A stretch of DNA of 64,000 nucleotides from Alphaproteobacteria bacterium (lineage in GTDB: Bacteria > Pseudomonadota > Alphaproteobacteria > JAPOUT01 > G958296285). Below, piece after piece: positions 54,801 through 63,800 of the stretch (positions are counted from its first letter, which is position 1; each line of letters opens with the position of its first letter). Below the pieces are notes generated by a model. That model made no database searches, had not been told where the DNA came from, and was given only the letters and a program-made list of their open reading frames with translations. The stretch is from positions 1,025,948 to 1,089,947 of the forward strand of contig CBDBUR010000002.1 of the NCBI GenBank assembly GCA_965212115.1. The letters are read 5' to 3'. The translations under genes were made by a program, and so were the position numbers.

Positions 54801-57800
54801 CACTCACGGGCGGCGCGGTTACTCTCTCCGGCGTTATCAATGAATCAGTCGCCAATCGCAGCCTCACCATTACCGCAGGCGGCCTGCTGACACTCAATAG
54901 CACCATCAATCTGGGCAACGGCGCTTTGACCGCCACCGCGGCAACAATCTCCGCACCCAACGCCGCCACCACCGTCAGAGCCAATGCCGCCACCTTCACA
55001 TTCACAGAAGCTGCTGCAACTGCTTTCAATACAAGCAACCTCAGCTTTAACGGCGTCACGCCGACATACACCTTGCCCAGAACTCTCAACGCAATAGAAG
55101 AGATCAACTTGCCGGGCGGCGTCATCACCTTCGCAGGCTCATCAGGGCCTATTGCGCTCAGCAACACAACATCAAGCCTCGTCATCGCCGCGGCTTCCAT
55201 CAATACTCAAGGGGATGATGTGGCAATCAGCGTCAGCGGCGCATCTAACAACTTGACCTTGATCGCCAACATCGACGCGCGCACCACCCCTGATTCAGGC
55301 CTCGGCGGCGGCAATATCACATTGGCAAGCCCCAATGCTAGAGTTCAATTCGGCGGCGCAGCAAGCACAACACGCAATTTGTGGGGTGAGAATATCTCGA
55401 TCACTTCTTCATCCTCTCTTCAAGCCAAAGTGTATGACGGCACGACGCCGGGAAGCGATGATATTAATCTCACCATGATGGCTGGCGATAGCGATAGTGG
55501 CATATTGCTTTTGAACATCGGTGGCCTAGGGATAAACGGCGGCGATGTTTCTTTGAAGGGCTACACTATCCAATTTGCGACAGCGACCAGCGCAGATGAT
55601 ACGAGTATCGCTTTAAGAGGCCAGAACATCACGATTGATTCCGATAATGCGGCAGATGATGCGATTCAAGTTGGTGTTATCAGGGGCAGCGTCTTTGCCA
55701 AAAATGATAGCGCGTCGGCAAATGTTGATTTGAACATAGCTGCAGTAGATTCCGGAAAGATCGTATTGGGCGCGAGCATAGATGCTGGTGATGGGGATGT
55801 AGTTTTCCCCACTGATGCTGCAGTGGGAAGCATGGCAGGCCCCCTTGAGCTGACAACATCGTCAGTGAAGCTAACAGGCAGCGCGATAGGGCTCTCCAAT
55901 GTCCAGACGACCGTCGCAGACACAGTTTTGACTTTAGATGGCGGCACTGTATCGTTCAGCGGCGGCCAAATAAATCTTGTTGCAGGCGGCGCAACCAACA
56001 GCGCTTTGATTGTGAGCGCAGAGATGATTTCGTTGCCCGGTTCCCCCACAATAACGGCAAACCGCGCCGAAATCACATTTACAAGCGGCTCAACCGCGTC
56101 TTTTGATTTCAGCCGCGCCACATTTATAACAGCCACGCCGTCATATATTTTGCCAGCAACTTTAACGCAGACGACCGGTAGTATCACGATCGACTTGCCT
56201 GGCGGTGAGGTGGCTTTCTCAGGCACGGGAGACATCGCGATCTCAGCGCCGACTGTTTCGGTCACCGCCAGTGTCTTGGACGCCGTCGCGCGCAATTTGT
56301 CAATCACCTCTTCCGCCGCCGTTTTGACTTTGGGGGCCGATCTTATCACCAGCGGCAATCTCACTTTAGCAGGCGACACGATCGCTTTCATGGGCGGCGC
56401 GCGCACTATTTCCGGCAATGATATTGCGCTTACAGGCGCGGCCTCAGCGACTGACGATCTCACCATCACCGCGACCGGCCTCTTGACTCTCAATGATAAT
56501 ATCACGCTGAGCACCGGCAATTTGAGCGTTAGCACAGGGACAATCTCCGTTCCGAGCGCCATCACGGTGACAGCCGCCTTCGCCGCGAATATCACATTGT
56601 TTGAGTTCACCGGCGAGGTCTTCTCGCCAAGCAATGTGCCGGATTTTGACAACATCAACTTTGTCGATACAAGCTCAAACCCGCTGACTATAACGCCGAC
56701 CTTTACTCAAACGCTGTTTACAGACTGCACAGACACGAGTCAGGCAGCCACCTGCTTGATTAGAAGCGATCAAGATGGCGCGGACTTTGAAGCAGGCCCG
56801 AGTTTGACAGCAACAGCCAGCCTCACGATCAGCGCGCCCGGGGGCACTTTGACTTTCTCAGGCACGGGCGACATCGCGATCACTGCGCCGAGCCTTTCGA
56901 TCACCGCCGCGACCATCGACACTGAAGGGCGCAAGCTGACAATCAGCGGCGGCGGCACCGCGCTGACTCTAGCTGTCGGCAGCATTGACGCGATCATGGA
57001 AGCTGCTGACGGAAACCCGGAAGTTGCCGGTGATATCATTTTCCCGAGCGTTGATGCCGCGCTGATGGCGAGTCTGACATTAAGCGGCAACAACATCACT
57101 TTGCCTGGCTTCAACGAGGCATTCTCTGATAGAGACGACATTACTATTATTGCAAGAGAAACTGTGACCTTGCAGAGGGACATGGCTTTTGGCGGGGGTG
57201 TGACGCCTGGATTTACATTCAGAGATATCGCTAATGCAACAGTCAATACGTTGAGAATATCTGGAAACGGGATCAGATTTGGGTTAACAAGCGACAGCGA
57301 AATTTTGAGCAGTGCTGATTTAGCGACCGTGCTCGCCGACGCTCGAATCCAAGTGGTGGATCGTGAAGGAAATCAGGTTTTGAATATCGATGGCTCCTCG
57401 GGTATTGTACTTTTTAGTGGTAATTTTGGCTCGCCGCTGACAGAGTGCGCAATTGCTGCGTGTGTGCTCAGAACCGGCGGCAGCGGCGATCTCGAAGGTG
57501 TCAACCCGACTTTAGGCGCAGATGACAGCATCACAATTGATGCCCCAGGCGGCGTTTTGACCTTCGCTGATTTTAGCGGTGGGACGACCGAGATCACGAT
57601 CACATCGCCGATCGTTATGATTACCGCGTCTTCCATTGACACCGCAGGCCGCCCCTTATCGATCACCGCCGCCAGCGGCACGATCACTTTGAACACCAAC
57701 ATTGCCGCTGATGCAGGCAACCTCACTTTGACCGCTGACAATATCATTTTGGGCGGCGGCTCGCGCAGCCTTTCGGGCAATGTCGTGACGATTGGGATCA

Positions 57801-60800
57801 CCTCCGCGACAGGCGAGATCACGCTTGCGGGCACGACCAACAACCTCACCATTGAGGCGCGCGGCAACTTGATGCTCGATACGCCAGCGCTTACGGTTGG
57901 AGGCAGACTTTTCTTAACAGCAGGTCGGGGTGGCGATAGTTCAGGCGTCATTTCCTTTGCAAATAGCCTAAACGCCGGCGCCAAACCGTCTATAACAGCT
58001 ACCGCCACCACAAGCCGCGCAACGCCAGCCATCACGCTGGAGCAGGATGAAGAGTATTTTGCCGCAGATGATGCGGGTGATGCGACGAATAGAGGTCCGG
58101 CGATATTTAACACAACACCTGAAGGTATTTTTGCCGGCCCCACGGTTCCCGCGGACACCGACCGGTTATGGATTAATATCGATACGAGCACCTTTAGCCG
58201 GACATTCGGCTCCGGTGTGGGTTATGCGATTTTGAACGCCGACCTCACGGGAGCATCGGGAACAGGAGAGATCACCGCTCGAGTGAGGCTCACATTTGAC
58301 GCTGGCACGGGGGTTCTTTCTTTTGCCGCCGACGTCACGGACACGGCGATCAGGCTTGCCGCGCCGATAATCTCGATCACAGCGGGGAGCTTTGATCTCG
58401 GCAGCAAAACTTTGATCATCACGACCGAAGGCGGCGATCTTGAGCTCACTGGCGACAGCACAAACGGCTTTTCATTCATGAGCACTGCCACCGCGCCTGC
58501 CACTGGCCATGTGCTTGTCATCGATACCGGCGCTCTCATTGTCACCGGCACACCGGCCACGCCGTTGTTTGATGTGCGCAGCCTGTCTGTCACGCAAACC
58601 GCCGCCTTTGCCGACGCGTCGCCTTTTAGATTCACCAATGTCACGGGGTTGACCCTCATGACAGCGGCAGATCAAACGATCGCCAGCTGGATGATCGCAA
58701 GCGGTCGGGATTTGTCGGTTGCCTCGACTAGCGGCGATGTCATCGTGGCTGCGGAGATCACGAGCGCGGCCATTGGCGCGGGCGACCTCACTTTGATTGC
58801 CCCCGAAAGCTCGTCTCAGGTTCAGATCAGCGCGTCTATTACAACCGGCGGCGATCTCATTGTGCGCGGCGGCGGCGGGGTCTTGTTTGATGACGATGAC
58901 AGCTTGGCATCCACCGCGCTGGTCTTGACCTTAACCGGCGCGTCGCTCATTTTTGGCGGCGACATCACAGCCGATGATGGCGTTGATATTGCTTTGATGG
59001 CGACAGGCGCAGGCAGCGCAGGCAATATCACCTTTGAGAGCGATGTTTCTTCGATCATGGTCAGCGGTGATGGCGTGGGCGGCACATTCACGGTGGACGC
59101 GAATGCAATTATCACCACCTTCAACGCCACGACGCTAGTTTCAGCAACTATTGATTTAACGCAGGCCGCGCCGTTTGTTACCAGGCTATTCATTTTTTCA
59201 ACCGCAATCGTCAATCAACTGACTTTGGCAACCACCACCACCGCCATCCAGCAGGTTAGAGCTTGGATGCACGATACTGCAGGCAATTGGGGCTTCGCCC
59301 TCACGGTTAGTGCAGGCGCGATCCGCGTGGGCGACCTCAACACCGGCACCAACGATCTTGTTTTGTCCGCCAACAGAATCAGAATTGAAGTCCTTGGAAG
59401 CTTAAGCAACCCGACCGAGCTATCCGGCAATAATGTTGTGCTCAGCGCGCCAGGCGGCATTGAAGCTGGGTCTTTAAGTCTCTCCGCCACCCCGGACGAC
59501 ATCCGCATCAGTTCGAGCGCCACCGTGTCCGGCACCAGCTTGCAAATCTCTGGAGATATTAATCTGGGCACCAACGCGAGTTCAACGCTTACTTTGTCGG
59601 GGATGTCGTTTGGCGGCGACGCCTCGAGTGCGCTCACCACCTCTGGGAGCGTCACTTTCAACCTGCGCAGCACCACAAGCGCGTTTGACGCCACCGCCCC
59701 CTATAATGTTGATGCCGTGGCTACCGCTTTGAACCTCATAGTCAATAATGACGCCGCAACGCCTCAGCCGCTCCAAAGCTGGATGACTGATTTTGCAACC
59801 GCCAACAAAACTCTGTCTCTGACATCGGCCTCTGGCACGATTGACATTGACGCAGATATTTCCATCAGCGGCAGCCTCACGATCAACGCGCACACGCTTG
59901 ATACATCTGACCGCGACCTGTCGATCAGCGCGGCTAATATCGATATAGAGATCACGACGGGCGAAGTCGTTTTGGGAGCTAACGATCTCACTGTTGCGGC
60001 CAGCGGCACTTTGCGGTTCGTCGTTACAGGCGGCTTGAGCGCCGTTGATGTCAGCGACGCCGTCACGGCCAACACGATCAGCTTGACCGCAGGCTCAGGC
60101 GCCATCGACGGCAGCGGCACATTGGAAGTCCAAACAATCGCCCTGATCCAAGAGAATACGTTTGTCGCCACCGCGCCGTTCACCTTTGATGCAGATGTAG
60201 CCGCGCTGGCTCTCACAGTCACGCGGTCATCGTCGGCGACGCAGCCGCTCCAGACTTGGATGGAGACTTCTGATCGCAGTCTCAGCCTCACCTTCACCAA
60301 CGGCATCATTGAGTTCAGGCGCGTCCTTGACTTTGGCACGGCAGGCGACCTCGCTTTGTCGGCGACGCAAATTCGCATTGGGAGTGTTCCCGCCACGCCA
60401 ATCACAGTGGTCGCCAATAATATCAGTCTCACTGCTACTAGAAATGATTCTGGCATTGAAGCCTTTGCGTCAAGTGGGAATTTTCTCAACGCTCGTTTCA
60501 ATATGACCATAACAGCGCAGAGGAATTTGATGCTCGTCGGCGATTTTACTGTCGCAAGAGGCACTAACAATGTCTTTACGCTGGAGGCAGGCGCAGGCGC
60601 AGGTGTTACTGATGGTGCCATCACCACGACAGGTTCTTCTGAGGTCGACACAACAAACTTGAGACTCGTCCAAGATGCGGCCTTTGCCGATAATTTATTC
60701 ACAATTACGGTTAATAATGGAGAGTACCGCGAGCCCTTATCCAGCACGCTTGAGCTGGACACCAAAGCAGCGCAGGTTATCCATGGCTGGATGCTTTTCC

Positions 60801-63800
60801 CCGGCATTAATCTGGATTTGACAAGCACTGCGGAAATTATCATCAGGCGCAACATCGATCTTGTCCGAAATCTAGCCGATGGCATTGGTGGGACAGATAA
60901 TCGGCGCAGCAATCTCGCTTTGAGCGGCACCGAGATTCAAATTGAACGCGATGCGAGTGCCGCGCGCTTCATAGAGGCCAACAATATCAGCCTTACGGCC
61001 AGCGCTGCGGCGGGCATCAGAATTGGGACTTTCTCAGGCGATACTTTCACGCCAGCGGTCGCAGCGGATGCTTTTGCTCTGGCTATCCGAGCTGACGGCA
61101 ATTTGACGCTGGCGACCCCCAGCCTCAATGTTGGGGGAGGCGCTCTGACGCTCGTGGCTGGCAACGATGTCGATCTTCTCAGCACCGTCAGCCCCAATGT
61201 TGACGCCGACATTGATTTTGGCACCCTGCCTGACATCACGGCGTCGTCGGTTGCGCTGCGCAAGGGCGGAGCCGTCTTTGGTTCGAGCCCGCCTGCGACG
61301 TTCCAAGATGCTGACGGCACGGCTCTGTCTGAGGGCATGATAACGGCTAGATATACCGGAGATGCCGCCGCGCAAACAGATGAAAACTGGTTCACCATCG
61401 CATTTATTTCGAATCCCTTTGTCATGACGCCGGGCGGCACTGACGATCTTGCGGTTTCCGGTGTCATTCAGCGCAGCGCCGCGATCACCATAGACATCGG
61501 CACAGGAACGCTCACTTTCAACGGCAGCGGCGGCATCATTTTGCAGGGGACGGCGATAGCGATCACAGCGGGCAGCATCGATCTTGAAGGCCGCGCCTTG
61601 ACGATCACCGCCACGGGCACATTGATGATCACCGCGAACATAGCCAATGCGCAAATGATTGAAGTTGTCGGCGCCACCACTTTGTCTTTCCTGGGCGCGA
61701 CGCGCACAATCACCGGCATGACCGGCGATATTGATGTTGTTCTCAATGTGAGCGCGATCACCCTTCCTGATGACGGCACTCTGACTGTTTCGTCGCAGGG
61801 CGGTTTGGAGATTGGCGGCGACATCACGATTGGCGGCGCCGGGGCGCTGACTTTGACAGCCGACTCAAATGACAATGCCACAGATGGAGCCATTACCAAT
61901 GGCGGCGGCGCGGGCACGCTTTCTGCGGCGAGCGTGACCCTCACGCATGATGTTGGCTTTGGCACTGGCTTGTTTGCTCTGCCCGCCGCGGTGACTTCGC
62001 TGGCTCTCACGGCCAATGGCAGCACCACGCAGTTCGTCCAAACGTGGATGTTGAATGACAGCGCCACTAGCTCTGCCGCCAACAATAGAGGCTTCACCTT
62101 CACGGCGACTAGCGCACAGATTTCGGTCGGGCTTGATATTGCCGCAGGCACCGCCGCTCTCGTTTTGAATGGCACCGATCTGGCTTTTGGCACTGATCGC
62201 TCTTTGTCTGGCAGCAACATTACGCTTAGCGGAGCAATGACCGCGACCAACTCACTCACCGTCGCCGCGAGCGGCAACTTAATGATTGGCGGCAATATAA
62301 CTCTTGCAGCCAACAGCGATGGCGATGCCACCACGCTGACCCTCAATGCGGGTGTTGGCGGCACAGGAACAGTCTCCGAAACGGTGTCGGGAAGCCCAAC
62401 CCTGACCGCAGGGACGGTCACTATCGATCATGATGGCGCTTTCCCCTTTGATCTGTTCGCTACTGCCTCTGCTGTCGGCATGTGGGATCTTGCATCATCA
62501 GGCAGCAACAGTTTCGCGATCTACAACTGGATGTTTGGGGTGGGAGAATCCTTGAAATTAAACATTCCAAACGGCCCGCTCACCATTGGCGTCTCTCGTA
62601 TCACGAACGTTGACGTTGGCTCCGCCGGGACCATTGATCTGAATGCTAGTGCTATTACAATCAATGATAACAGCCCAAGCACAACAGCAACAATCACATT
62701 ACGCGGTGGAACTATAACGTTGAGGAGCGGCGTCGGCTTATCCAACATTGCCTCAGGAAGCGAGAGCCTCGCCGTCGTCGCGCAAAACGTTTTGACGCTC
62801 GCTGCCTCCTTCATTGACTTGAGATCCGGCACCCTCTCGCTGACGGGGAGCACAATAGTCAACGACAGCGGCTCCGCTTTGGCGTTGACTGCGGCAATTG
62901 TCAATTTGACGCAAACCAGCACGACGGCCACCGCGGTGTTTGCCTCAGATATATTCACGCTGGCTGACGCCGTGAATGAGTTAAATATCACGCTTAGTGC
63001 GGCGTCCACGCAGTCCGAGACGGCGACGCAGATTCTCCATCCGTGGATGCTCCAGCAAGGCGGTTCGGATGATGCCGGCAGAGACGTAACACTCACTGCG
63101 ACCGACGCTGTCATTCAAGTGGCGCGCACTTTCACCATCAGCGATCTCAATTTGAGCGGCGCTTCAATCACGACCGATGCTACCGCGCGCACCGTGACTG
63201 CGGGAACGATCACGCTCGACGGGCCGGTTGAGCCGGGCAGCGCACTCACGCTCGCGGCGACAGGCACATCGAACGGCGCTCTGACACTAGGAAGCCGCAC
63301 GACAGCCATCACGAGCTCGAATGACCTGACGCTGTCAACCAATGGCACGATCTCTTTTGCCGCCAGCAGTCTGGAGATCGTCGGTGATAACATCTCGCTC
63401 AATGGAGAGATCCCCGTGACCACTTCCGGCGCGCTTGCTGCGGCGCGCGTCATCACGGGAACGGCCTCTAACCCCGCGCTCACCATCACAGCCCTGCATG
63501 ATGTTAGGATTAACATTCACATCAATATCGGCGGCGGCGCTTTGGAGATCACCGCTGGCAATCAGGCAGGCGATGGCACGGGCAGCACAAGTGAAACTGG
63601 TCTCATTGAGTTCCGGAACGGAGATACCGTCACGACTGTTACAAACACGCCTCTGCCGCCAGCCATCAATATCACGATGGGCAGCGTTGTGTTGGTGCAG
63701 GATGGCGCACTTTTCGTCAATGATCGTCCTGCGCTGTTCTTTGATTCTAATTTTGATCCTGCGAACGCGATAGAAAGCACCGGCAATCCTGATCAAATCA

